DNA of 64,000 bases from an uncultured Verrucomicrobiae bacterium. Its GTDB lineage: Bacteria; Verrucomicrobiota; Verrucomicrobiia; Limisphaerales; Palsa-1400. Of the stretch, positions 10,117 to 20,576 are shown piece after piece (the stretch's first letter is position 1; every line of letters begins with the position of its first letter). The notes under the pieces were generated by a model. The model did not search any database. It was not told where the DNA came from and worked only from the letters and a program-made list of their open reading frames with translations. The position numbers and the translations under genes were made by a program. The stretch lies in the NCBI GenBank assembly GCA_963702845.1, contig OY969763.1, positions 4,192,001 through 4,256,000 of the forward strand, in the 5' to 3' direction.

Positions 10117-13100
10117 TTGAGTACATTAGCTTCCACTTCTTGCCGTTTGTATGTTCGATTGTTCGGTCACCGATTAATTTGGTTATTTCTCCTGGTTTGC
10201 TTTGCACCCAGGCTTTACGCACAAACTGTCGTTGTCACTAATTCGAATCTTGCGCTGACGATCAGTGGCAAACCGGTTTTCGGTTTAGCCGTTTCGCCCG
10301 GACCACCGGTGGGTGCTGTGGCAGCAACCGGCATCGATGCGCTGGACGAGCTTCGTAGCGGCGGAATCCAGCTTTATCGAATTCCGGTATCGCCGACGTG
10401 GAAGGCGACGTCGAACACGTTGAACTCGGCGATGGTCGCGACGAATCAAGCGGCGCTGGATTGGTGTGCGGCGCACGGGATGCTGTCGTTGGTGAATCTC
10501 AATGACCTTTCCTCCTTCACCTCCAGCGACACGAACACACCGGCGCTCCTTAGAACAATTCTCAACATGTGGCAGAACCATCCCGGACTGGGGATGTGGA
10601 AAAACAAAGACGAAGCATGGTGGGGCGGCACCTCTGAAGCCGATCTGCAGCGCGGCTTTGACATCATCCGCACGCAGGATCCGAATCATCTCGTCGAACA
10701 AACGCACGCGCCGCGCGGCCAGGTTTCCGATCTTCAACCGTACAACAACGCCGCCAGCGTGTTGATGGTGGACAACTATCCGGTTGTGATTCCTGCCGGT
10801 AGCGCATCGAATCCGCCGATCACCAATACGCAAGTCAGCCAGTTCGGAGATTGGACGCACGAACTGTCTCAAGTCGCCAACGGCACACGAACATTTTGGA
10901 TGGTCGAACAAATTGCCTTCAGCGGCACAGTGCCGCCGAGTCACGTGCTCGTGTTTCCAACATTTCAACAGGAACGGTTCATGGCGTATCAAGCAATCGT
11001 CAACGGCGCGCGCGGGTTGATGTTTTTTGGCGGTAACGTCGCGAGCACTTTGACTAATTCGACTGATTTCGCTCTCGGATGGAACTGGAGTTTTTGGACG
11101 AACACACTCAAGCCGCTCACGCTTCAACTCACGACCAACACACCGCTTTCCGATGCGTTGGTTGCGCCGGAAAGTTCTGCATTCATTACGATATCCGGGA
11201 CATCGTATCCGGACATTGAATTCTGCGGTCCGCGAATCCGGCACGAACCTTTATATTCTCGCAACGAAACGCGAGGGCGCGACGGTGGATGTTACGTTCA
11301 GCGGGTTGCCGAATTGGGCAAATTCCGGCGCAGTGCTGTTTGAATCGAATCGGACGGTGAGCGTTTCCGGCGGGCAGTTCACTGATTCTTTTGCGCAATG
11401 GGATGTGCACGCCTACAAATTTACTTACACCGGCACTGCGCCAGTGTTCGATTTGATACCGTCGAGTCGCACCAATGTGACGAACTCGACGTCGGTATTC
11501 ACTGCGTCGGCAATTGGCCCCGGCACGTTGTCGTATCGCTGGCGCAAAAATGGCACGCCTCTGACTGATGGTGCGAACGTCGCTGGTTCGCTGACGGCGA
11601 AGCTAACAGTTTCGAATATCGCGCCGACTGATGCCGGAAGTTATGACCTCGTTGTGACGGGCACAGCGACGATCACGAGCGCGCCTCCTGCGGTGCTGAC
11701 TGTCGTGACGGATTTGCCGCCTGTCTTCGCGACTCAACCAAAGGGCCAGACGAATTATCTCGGCAATCTGGCAAACTTTTCCGTGACCGTCTCGAACGCG
11801 ACTTCTGCGACGTATCAATGGCGTCATAACGGAACGAACATTTCCAACGACGCACATGTTTTTGGCAGCACAGCGAGTTCATTGACGATTAGTCCACTGA
11901 CGATTTCAGATGTGGGCAGTTATTCCGTTGTCGCCGTGAATGCGGCTGGTTCTACGACCAGTTCAGACGCGGTTCTCGGCGTCGTGGTTCCACCCAGCAC
12001 CGCGAATTGGATCGCGATGTGGTCGTGCACGCCTGGCGTGAATGCCTGGTCGACTGCGAATGGCGGTGCGAACACGCCGAACGAACGCACGATTGGCTAC
12101 AGCGCTCTTTCAAACCAGCTCTTCATCGTCCAACGCAGCGGGTCAAATCCGACGATCTACGTGCTCAACGCGACGAACGGAACATTTCTCTACACGCTCA
12201 ATACGAATGGTCTCAACTTCACCAATTACAATGGAAACATTCCGCTTTGTGGAATCGCGGTCGCTGATGATGGCACGGTTTACGCCTGCAACAACGACAC
12301 GTCCGGCACCGGTTTGCCGACATTGAAGATTTATCGTTGGCCAAATTCCGCGCCGACGACGCGACCATTACTAATTTATTCCGGCGATCCGCTCGGTGGC
12401 GTGAATGCGCGTTGGGGCGACTCTTTCGACGTTCGCGGCAGCGGCATGAGCACGGTGCTAATGACCGACAATCATCAGCCGAACACTTCGAATAATTCGC
12501 TCAATCCAGACATCTTTGTGCTGACACCATTGGAAGTGACGCTCAGCAATTGGACGGGAAAATATTACGCTGAAGATATCGTTAACAATCCGTCCTTCAG
12601 TTCCACCATTGGTCACAGTCTTCAATTCGACAGCACTGGAACGAATTTCTGGCAGAAACATTCCGGCCAACCACTCGCGAAAAATTCATACAACCCGAGC
12701 GGCACAAACGGCAGCTCTGCGAAATGGGTCACCAACTACACCACGTGGCCAGCGAATGAAGGCCCGGTCGCCTATGTGACTCAAAGCAACTTGGTGGCAG
12801 GCATCAACTTCTCCGGAACGGCAGGCACCTCGCCGGACACGATTGAACTTTACAGCGTTACAAATTTCAACTCCCCCACCCTGCTTTGCTCGGCGAATTT
12901 TCCCGTGAACGAGGTGGTGAATGTAAATCGCATCGGACAGGTGATCATCACAACCAACTACGTATTCGCATTGGACGCGAACAACGGTTTGCTCGCCTTC
13001 CGTCTGACCGGACCAGCGGCACCAAGTTTTCTTTTGCAGCCGCAGTCCCAGACGGTCCCGACTAATACCGCAGTCACGTTCAGCGCCGTGGCACAAGGAA

Positions 13101-14974
13101 CGGATCCGCTGATTTACCAATGGAAACTCAATGGCTCACCCATTTCAGGTGCGACCACCAACGTGTTTGCCATTGGTTCAGCGCAAACAACGGATGCGGG
13201 AACCTATTCCCTTGTCGTTACGAACCAATATGGTTCGGTCACCGCGACCGTAGTTATTGTTGTCACCGTTCCACCGGCTATCGCTACGCAACCAACTGAC
13301 CAGACGGCAAACCTTGGCGGCCCGTTCGAATTTTCGGTTTCGGCTACCGGCACACCTGCGCCAAGTTACCAGTGGTTTCACGACGACGTTGCAATTGCGG
13401 GTGCAACCACCTCGGCCTATTCCAAGAGTAACGCGCAACTAAGCGATTCGGGCATTTACTACGTCGTCATCACTAACCTCGCCGACGAAATCACGAGCTT
13501 CGAAGCAATGCTCGCGATCATTCCGCAAATTACAACGCAGCCACAAAACCAGACTGTCTTGCAGGGGAACACAGCCGCGTTCAGTGTTAGTGCGCAAGGC
13601 ACGGCCCCGCTAAGCTATCAATGGAATTTCAACAACGCTCCAATCGCAGGCGCGACCACGCCCACTTACACACTTGCAAACGCGCAATTAGGTAACGCTG
13701 GGAGCTACTCGGTTGCTGTTTCCAATAGCGCTGCGTTGGTAACGAGCGCAACAGTGACACTGTCCGTCGTCCCTTCGGCGACGCGTCTGCTGAACATCAA
13801 CGTCGCATCAAATCACACCGCCACGATGCTTTGGAACACGGACATCGCCGCGAACTACACGCTCCAATACAAAAACAGTCTTCTCGACGCGCAGTGGACT
13901 TCGCTCTCAAATATCACCGCGTCCACATCAACAATCTCAGTTTCTGACAGCGCTGGCACGAACAGGCAACGATTCTACCAGTTGAATCGAGCGGGCCGAG
14001 CCAGCGACATTGGCGGGTTCGTCACAGTCGATTTACTCGGCAATTCCGACTCGTATGTATCGCACGCCTTCGTCCGTCCCGCCTCGACAGTCACTCTTGT
14101 CGGATCGATTGGCGGAAACATAATCACTGTCAGCGATGCACCAAATTGGATAGCAAACCAGTTCGTTTACGCCTCGGGTTCTCAATCGAATACCTATTAC
14201 GTTCGATTCACCTCCGGTGCAGCCGAAGGCCGGATTTACACGGTCACGGCAAACTCAGCCAATTCGGTAACATTGAATCTCGGCGGCGACACGTTGGCAG
14301 GAGTGCAGGCCAGCGACGGATTCTCGATTGAACCGTATTGGACGCTTGGCACGGCTTTCCCGAATGGCGCCGGCATTTTTGCATCGCCCACCCCGGGCAA
14401 CCGCTTCACAGAAATTCTTCTGGCCTCCACCAACAACGGCGTGAACCTCAGCGCGTCGGCCGTTTGTTTTTTTAACGCCGGGATCTGGAAAGAAGTCGGC
14501 CTGGGCAACACAAGTGAAAATGATTTAGTTCTCCCGTTGAATTCGCATTTTATCGTGCGCCACAATATTCCGACAAATTCGACCATGATTTGCGTCGGGG
14601 TCGTCGCCGGATCGAAGCTCATTCTTCCGCTGCGCACCGGAACGACGACAGCGCAAGACAACTACGTCAGTCTAGCACGGCCTCTACCGATCACTCTGAG
14701 TGATTCTGGACTCATTTCGAGCGGCGCGTTTTCCGCGAGTCCATTGCCCGGAAGCCGCACCGACGAATTGCTCTACTTCGACAACACCATCGCGGCGCGA
14801 AACAAATCGGCAACCGCTGTTTATTATTATTGGAGCGGAGCTTGGCGGCAGGTGGGTGTCGGCACGGTTGACGTTGGTTCGACTCCAGTCTTCGGCGCGG
14901 GCAACGCTGCTATCATTCGCAAAACGACCAATAACGTCTCGCCGGTGTTTTGGACGAACGCGCCGAATTGGTAA
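10117..14974 (+). CDS. About 1,600-aa secreted multidomain protein (GH-like TIM barrel, Ig repeats, DUF4623-like propeller, Ig repeats, TIGR02597-like C-terminus); one apparent frameshift at about 11227
   Basis: ORFs 10117-11343 and 11153-14974 join by removing one G (IEFCVRESGTNLY); Ig repeats with YQW...DxGxYxxVVxN; C-terminal GFVTVDLLGNSDSYVS..F.RP...PYWTLGT.FP. Confidence 0.8.
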
Positions 14975-14976
14975 AG

Positions 14977-15933
14977 CTACACGGCAAGAATGTCGCGCAT
15001 GACATCTGCGTCCACATTGCCGCCGCTGAGAATAATCCCGACCCGTCCTTGCACCTTCACCGCTTTGCTTAAAATCGCAGCCAGGCCGAGCGCGCCCGAC
15101 GGTTCCACGACCAACTTCATTCGGTAAAACAAAAATCGGACTGCATCTTTAATTGCCGCCTCCGAAACCGTGTGCATTGCATCCACGTTTCCGAGAATCA
15201 ACTTAAACGTGTGATTACCCAGCGACGGCGTGCGCACACCATCCGCGATCGTTTGCGGTTTTTCAACGCGCTGCAATGTCTTCGAGTAAAATGATCGATT
15301 GGCATCGTCAGCACCGACCGGCTCAATTCCAATCACGCTGCATTTCGGCGCGAGATGCTTTGCGGCCACTGCGGTCCCGCTGAGCAAGCCACCGCCACCA
15401 CATGGCGCGAGCAGACAATCAAGGGACTTCACCTCGTCGATCAGTTCTGCGGTCGCGGTGCCCTGCCCGGCTATTACGTTCAAATCATCAAAAGGTGGCA
15501 CCATCGTGTAGCCCTGCTGCGCTTGCAAATCGTTCGCGAGTTTCTCGCGTGTGTTCGTGTCGCCGTCATACAGTACCACTTCAGCGCCGTATCCCTCAGT
15601 CGCAGCGCGCTTGCTGGCGGGAGCCGTTCGCGGCATGACGACACTGGCGTGGATCCCAAACATTTTACACGAGAGCGCTACCGCTTGCGCGTGATTGCCG
15701 GAAGAATAAGTCACCACACCACGCTTTTTCTGCCCAGGCGTGAGTTGTGAAATCGCGTTGTAAGCGCCGCGGAATTTGAACGCGCCAATCCGTTGCAGGT
15801 TCTCACACTTGAAGAAAACTTCCGCTCCCATCATTTCATTGAGAGTCCGCGAAGTGGCAACGGGCGTCACATGAGCCTGCCCACGCAAACGTTCGCGAGC
15901 CTCGCAGATTTTTTTAAAAACTTCAGATGACAT
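14977..15933 (-). CDS. PLP-dependent serine/threonine dehydratase (threo-3-hydroxyaspartate ammonia-lyase-like)
   Basis: KCENLQRIGAFKFRGA, SSGNHAQ, GGGGLLSG, VEPSGA, ILSGGN; no ACT tail. Confidence 0.9.
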   Translation of the reverse strand: MSSEVFKKICEARERLRGQAHVTPVATSRTLNEMMGAEVFFKCENLQRIGAFKFRGAYNAISQLTPGQKKRGVVTYSSGNHAQAVALSCKMFGIHASVVMPRTAPASKRAATEGYGAEVVLYDGDTNTREKLANDLQAQQGYTMVPPFDDLNVIAGQGTATAELIDEVKSLDCLLAPCGGGGLLSGTAVAAKHLAPKCSVIGIEPVGADDANRSFYSKTLQRVEKPQTIADGVRTPSLGNHTFKLILGNVDAMHTVSEAAIKDAVRFLFYRMKLVVEPSGALGLAAILSKAVKVQGRVGIILSGGNVDADVMRDILAV

Positions 15934-15954
15934 CGACGCCTGACAGACTAGCAG

Positions 15955-17535
15955 CTAAGCAGCGCCAACGTCCACACCGGTCGCGCGCGTATTCAAAACC
16001 CGGCGCTGAGCTTCGTCGCGTCGCACGCGCGCCGGCGATGCAAACCAGGTTCTCCAACCTTCCGTCAACTCGATCCGAAACCAATCAATCATCGCCCAGC
16101 CAACGCGTTTGCCGGTTTCAAAACCGAAGTTGAATCCGGGCACCAAATAGCGCCGGCCGACGTTCGACTTTCCGCGCACGCCGCGCGCGCGTCGGTCACG
16201 AGCGATTGCGGCAAGTCGTCGATTATATTGCCGCATCAGCATGTAAACGGGATTGGCTGGCGCCGTTGAAAACACTGGTTCGAGAAAACTTTCCGTGCCA
16301 CGCCGAAACGGCTGCGCCACCACGCCCATGTAATACAGACCGATATCCATCGCGAACGCCAACCGCATCAGATCGTATTCGCCCATGTAATCGTATTTAT
16401 CCTTGTAGACGGCGCGGAACCAACGGTCGTAACTGCGGGCGAAGCGCATGTTATGCCGCACCAAACGCTCTTTGATACACTCGCCGTTCAACTGCGGGAT
16501 GATCAGTTTCACCGTCGAGATAGTTGTAAACGAAACCCAATCCATTCCCGGACTGTAAAACGGATCAAGAAAGGCCGACGCGTCGCCGACCAGCGCGAAG
16601 CCGTCTCCGGCGAACACGTTGCTCACGTAGGGCAAGTTCTTGCGCCAATGCACGTCGCCTTCGAGCCACTGCGAATCGCACATGATCTCGCGACCGACCG
16701 GATGTTCGCACAAAAACTTTTTCAATCGTTCTCCGAGCGAGCCGCCTTCCGGGATCTGCACGGTGCGTTGATCGAACACCACGCCGATACTGGTGTCCCC
16801 GCCCTTAAGTGGAATCAGCCAGGCCCACCAGCCATCGCCGACCAGATGATTCGTCGCCGTGGTGCGAGTTCCGAAACAGGCCTGGCGCCACTTCGGAAAT
16901 TTCTCAGCCAGTTCGCGCCCGTCCCAATCCTTCACGCCGCGCCAACGCGACCACAGTGCAGCCGTCGGGTGTTCGGTATTCGGCTTAAGCCATCCATTTT
17001 TGCGTGCCAGCAACGCGCCGACACCTGAGGCGTCGATCACCCAACGCGCTTCCACTGTTCGCAACTCGCCGTTGACCTTGGCATGTACTTTCTGCACGCC
17101 CCCGGATTTCAACTCAACATTCTGAACGTCTGCCGGACGCCAAAGCTCCGCACCCGCGGCACAAGCGCGATTCAACACTTCCTGGTCAAGCACCGAGCGG
17201 TCCACCTGAAATGCCGGCAATCGCGCCAACGATAATCCACCGACTTCGCTGCATTGATCGAGCGATTTGGTGTGTTCGTTAAAAAACCAAAACCGCATCC
17301 CCTGTTTCACGAGATGCGATTCGTTCAAGTGCTGCGTCAGCCCGAGAACCCTAGTGAGGAAATAGCCGCTGACCTCAACCGTCGCTTCACCCACGCGTCG
17401 CCCGAACGCTTCCGACTTCTCCATCACGAGAATGCGCAGGGTCGGCTTCTCGCGCAGGAGTAGCAACGCCGCTGAAGCTCCGGCTAAAGCACCGCCGATA
17501 ATGGCCACGTCATACCTGTGCGATTGGGGTTGCAT
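15955..17535 (-). CDS. Flavin-dependent halogenase-like oxidoreductase
   Basis: IIGGALAG FAD fold, WAWLIP (WxWxIP), GDASAFLDPFYSPG. Confidence 0.8.
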   Translation of the reverse strand: MQPQSHRYDVAIIGGALAGASAALLLLREKPTLRILVMEKSEAFGRRVGEATVEVSGYFLTRVLGLTQHLNESHLVKQGMRFWFFNEHTKSLDQCSEVGGLSLARLPAFQVDRSVLDQEVLNRACAAGAELWRPADVQNVELKSGGVQKVHAKVNGELRTVEARWVIDASGVGALLARKNGWLKPNTEHPTAALWSRWRGVKDWDGRELAEKFPKWRQACFGTRTTATNHLVGDGWWAWLIPLKGGDTSIGVVFDQRTVQIPEGGSLGERLKKFLCEHPVGREIMCDSQWLEGDVHWRKNLPYVSNVFAGDGFALVGDASAFLDPFYSPGMDWVSFTTISTVKLIIPQLNGECIKERLVRHNMRFARSYDRWFRAVYKDKYDYMGEYDLMRLAFAMDIGLYYMGVVAQPFRRGTESFLEPVFSTAPANPVYMLMRQYNRRLAAIARDRRARGVRGKSNVGRRYLVPGFNFGFETGKRVGWAMIDWFRIELTEGWRTWFASPARVRRDEAQRRVLNTRATGVDVGAA

Positions 17536-17631
17536 GAGTTCCTTCTATCACGTTCCCACCTGCTCGGCAATCAGGGGTGAAAACCTTATATTGACAACCA
17601 ACGACTGACCACGGACAACTGACAAACATTT

Positions 17632-18378
17632 ATGAGCCAACTTTCCAACCAGGTTGCTGTTGTTACCGGAGCCGGTCGTGGTATCGGTCGCGCTATTGCT
17701 TTGAAATTCGCAGCTGAAGGCGCGGACATCGTCTGCGTCTCGCGCAGCGCGGAAAACGCTGAGAAAGCCGCCGATGAAGTCCGCGCCACTGGCCGCAAAG
17801 CCTGGGCGCATGCCGTCGATGTTTCCGATACTGCTACTGTCGCGGCGGCCGGCGAAAAGATTTTAGCCGAAGCCGGCAAAGTCGACATCCTCATCAACAA
17901 CGCCGGGGTCACCCGCGACGGCTTGCTCATGCGCATGAGCGACGCCGATTGGGACGCAGTGCTCGACACCAATTTGAAAGGCGCGTTTTCTTTTACGAAA
18001 GCGTTCACCCGCGCGTTCCTCAAACAACGTTCCGGCCGCATCATTAATATCGCGAGCGTCATCGGCCTCATCGGCAATGCCGGCCAGGCCAACTACAGCG
18101 CCAGCAAAGCCGGCCTGATCGGTTTCACCAAAGCGTGCGCCCGCGAAATGGCATCACGCGGCGTGACCGTTAACGCCCTCGCTCCCGGTTTCATCGAAAC
18201 CGACATGACCAAAGTCTTGAAGGAAGAAATGCGCGCCGAGTTGTTGAAGCACATCCCGCTGAATTGCTTCGGCCACCCCGACGACATCGCCAATGCCGCG
18301 CTCTTCCTCGCCAGTCCTGCCGCCCGTTATATCACCGGCCAGGTGCTGACCGTCGACGGTGGCATGGTCATGTCCTAG
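17632..18378 (+). CDS. fabG: 3-oxoacyl-ACP reductase
   Basis: TGAGRGIG, NNAGVTRD, GNAGQANYSASK, PGFIETDMT. Confidence 0.95.
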   Translation: MSQLSNQVAVVTGAGRGIGRAIALKFAAEGADIVCVSRSAENAEKAADEVRATGRKAWAHAVDVSDTATVAAAGEKILAEAGKVDILINNAGVTRDGLLMRMSDADWDAVLDTNLKGAFSFTKAFTRAFLKQRSGRIINIASVIGLIGNAGQANYSASKAGLIGFTKACAREMASRGVTVNALAPGFIETDMTKVLKEEMRAELLKHIPLNCFGHPDDIANAALFLASPAARYITGQVLTVDGGMVMS

Positions 18379-19028
18379 AAGTGAAACGTATACGTCGCCA
18401 CCGCCGCGTGGTTGTTGGCCATACTCCCATTCAAAAACACCCCGAGATATTTGTAACCGATTCCAATCTCTTGATTTGGCAATAGCAAATACCGCACGCC
18501 TCCCATCGCTTGAACCGCGCCGTCGATTGCGCTGCTACTTCTATTCCCACCCATCACGTTATCGATCGCGTGCTCGTGCAACCCGCTAAAAACCCCGCCG
18601 CCACCGCCACCCACATAAAACGACCATCTCGGCGCTGGATGACAAACCAACACGCCATTCACAATAAACGGCAGTTGAAAATAATACCCTTGCAGGGCCG
18701 CCGACCGCGCGACGCCACCAGCCATGCCTGAAATGTTATTCAGCGAATTCACCAACGCGCCCGTTTCAAACTCCAGCCCGACACTCGTCTTCCCCATCAA
18801 CGGCACCATGTATCCGACTGACGCAGTGCCACGCACGCCCGGATGCGTCGAAAGCGTTCCTGAAATACCACCGACCGACGCTGTGATATTCTGCATGACA
18901 TTCGCGCCCGCGTTCGCATGCACATAAAACCCCAGCAACGAATCATCACGCTGCTGCTGCGCGCGAGCGCTCGCAGCCAGGGCGAGAGCCGTAAGAGTGG
19001 TTGCGGCAAAAACATTCAGCAATTTCAT
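18375..19028 (-). CDS. Outer-membrane beta-barrel protein (OmpA-like membrane domain), paralog 1
   Basis: Signal peptide, alternating beta-strands, FYVGGGGG, C-terminal YTFHF. Confidence 0.8.
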   Translation of the reverse strand: MKLLNVFAATTLTALALAASARAQQQRDDSLLGFYVHANAGANVMQNITASVGGISGTLSTHPGVRGTASVGYMVPLMGKTSVGLEFETGALVNSLNNISGMAGGVARSAALQGYYFQLPFIVNGVLVCHPAPRWSFYVGGGGGGVFSGLHEHAIDNVMGGNRSSSAIDGAVQAMGGVRYLLLPNQEIGIGYKYLGVFLNGSMANNHAAVATYTFHF

Positions 19029-19298
19029 AGATGCTCCCTCCCTGTTGGTATGTTGCCCGTATTAAAACCCGATGCGGCATTCAAAACCGCGTAAGCCACT
19101 CTCAAACCAAATTCAGTCCTGTCAACCAGCCGTTCAGGTGCGGGATTCGACTATGCCTCCTGTCCAGAACGCCAGTTTCCAACCGGCGTTGTCCCCTGAT
19201 CGGCCTTCCAGCCCGCTTGTCCCAACATGAATCCGCCGCAATGTTTACATCATTGCGGCGGCTCTTTATTTGAGATTTGAAATCTGAAATTTGAAATC

Positions 19299-19955
19299 TT
19301 AGAAATGAAACGTATACGTCGCCACCACCGCGTGGTTGTTGACCGTATCCGTATCTTTCACAAACACCGCGAGATACTTGTAAGCGATGCCGACCTCGCT
19401 GCACGGATTCAACTGATAACGCGCGCCGCCCATCGCCTGGAAAGCGGCGTCCGTCTCCTCGCTATCCGCGTCCACTTCCACGTCATTGATGCGATGGAAA
19501 TGCAACCGGCTGTAAACCCCACCGCCGCCGATGCCCGCATAAAACGTGAACCTCGGCACCGCATGACAAACCAACACGCCATTCACCAGGAACGGCAATT
19601 GATAATAATAACCATCTAGATCATCCGTCGTAGTGATGCCTGGCGACGTTATCGTGCGCTTATCCAACGCGTTCACGATTGCTCCCGTTTCAAACTCAAG
19701 TCCAATACTCGTCTTCGACGCCAGCGGCACCGTGTAGCCGACGCTGAGCGAGATGCGTTCACCGACATCGGTTTTCAACTTCGCTTCCGCATCGCCGAAC
19801 GACGCTTTGATGTCGCCCAAAATATTCACACCGATGCCCGCGTTCGCATAAAACCCATTCAACGGATCTTTATAATAATTGGCCTGCGCCCGAGCTGATA
19901 CAGCCAGTGCGAGAGCAGTGAGAGCGATTGCACTAAATACATTTAGAAGTTTCAT
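19299..19955 (-). CDS. Outer-membrane beta-barrel protein, paralog 2
   Basis: Same signal start (MKLLNVF), GLEFETGA, QLPF.VNGVLVCH and identical NNHAxVATYTFHF end. Confidence 0.8.
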   Translation of the reverse strand: MKLLNVFSAIALTALALAVSARAQANYYKDPLNGFYANAGIGVNILGDIKASFGDAEAKLKTDVGERISLSVGYTVPLASKTSIGLEFETGAIVNALDKRTITSPGITTTDDLDGYYYQLPFLVNGVLVCHAVPRFTFYAGIGGGGVYSRLHFHRINDVEVDADSEETDAAFQAMGGARYQLNPCSEVGIAYKYLAVFVKDTDTVNNHAVVATYTFHF

Positions 19956-20147
19956 TGGTAGTAATCCTGTTCGTTGTTTGTTCCAGACCGATGCGCGTAT
20001 CAAATGCGCGGCCACCATTCTCAAACTTTAGCGGCACCTGTCAACCAACCAAATTGTGGCCACAGAAGCAGACGTTGGTCAGGTCGCGCCCATTCACCAA
20101 AAATGTCACAGCAAACGGCCAGAATCCCACGTAATCGCGCCTCGCAC

Positions 20148-20480
20148 AAAAAATTTCATCGGAATGTTTCTACTTCCGGCAACTTCCTTCTACTTCCGGC
20201 AATTAGTTGCCAAGTGGAGAAAATTAGGAGAAGGAAATGTTTCTACTTTTACCAAAGGCCGAACGTCGGCCTCGCAACGCGGACTCCGGAAGAAAATATC
20301 ACGGAAAGTCGCACATTGCCCCACATTCCCGCACATTGTCACACTTTGGTGGGAATTAAGTTGCACATTGGTGCAGTTTTCAAAGAACGAACCCGGGAAA
20401 GTCGCACATTCGCGACCGCCCCTAGGGCCGGTAAGGACCGACAGCCGAAGGAATTATAGCGTGAAGCTACGGCGTGTCAA
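20148..20480 (-). repeat. Dispersed non-coding element family A, copy 1
   Basis: Aligns end to end with 50847-51175; TTGACA-N16-TATAAT on the minus strand (20480-20453), hairpin, GTTCTTTGAAAA (20388-20377), two 10-bp-phased arrays. Confidence 0.85.
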
Positions 20481-20576
20481 CGTCGCGTAGCAAACACCTC
20501 AGGGTTTCCCGAAGATTTGCCTGGATCCTTGCCTCATCCGCGCTTGAACCCTCTCGACTGACTCCCAAAGGGATAT

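Noticed and set aside
20160..20350. Possible CRISPR or mini-array
   Set aside because: Units are contiguous degenerate decamers without unique spacers; no cas genes in the window
20377..20480. rRNA operon start suggested by a strong promoter and boxA-like motif
   Set aside because: No 16S, 23S, 5S or tRNA sequence follows any copy
20056..20490. 144-aa ORF over family A copy 1, with a similar ORF at 50863-51129
   Set aside because: Differences between copies are mostly non-synonymous and the frame is not kept; similarity reflects DNA-level homology
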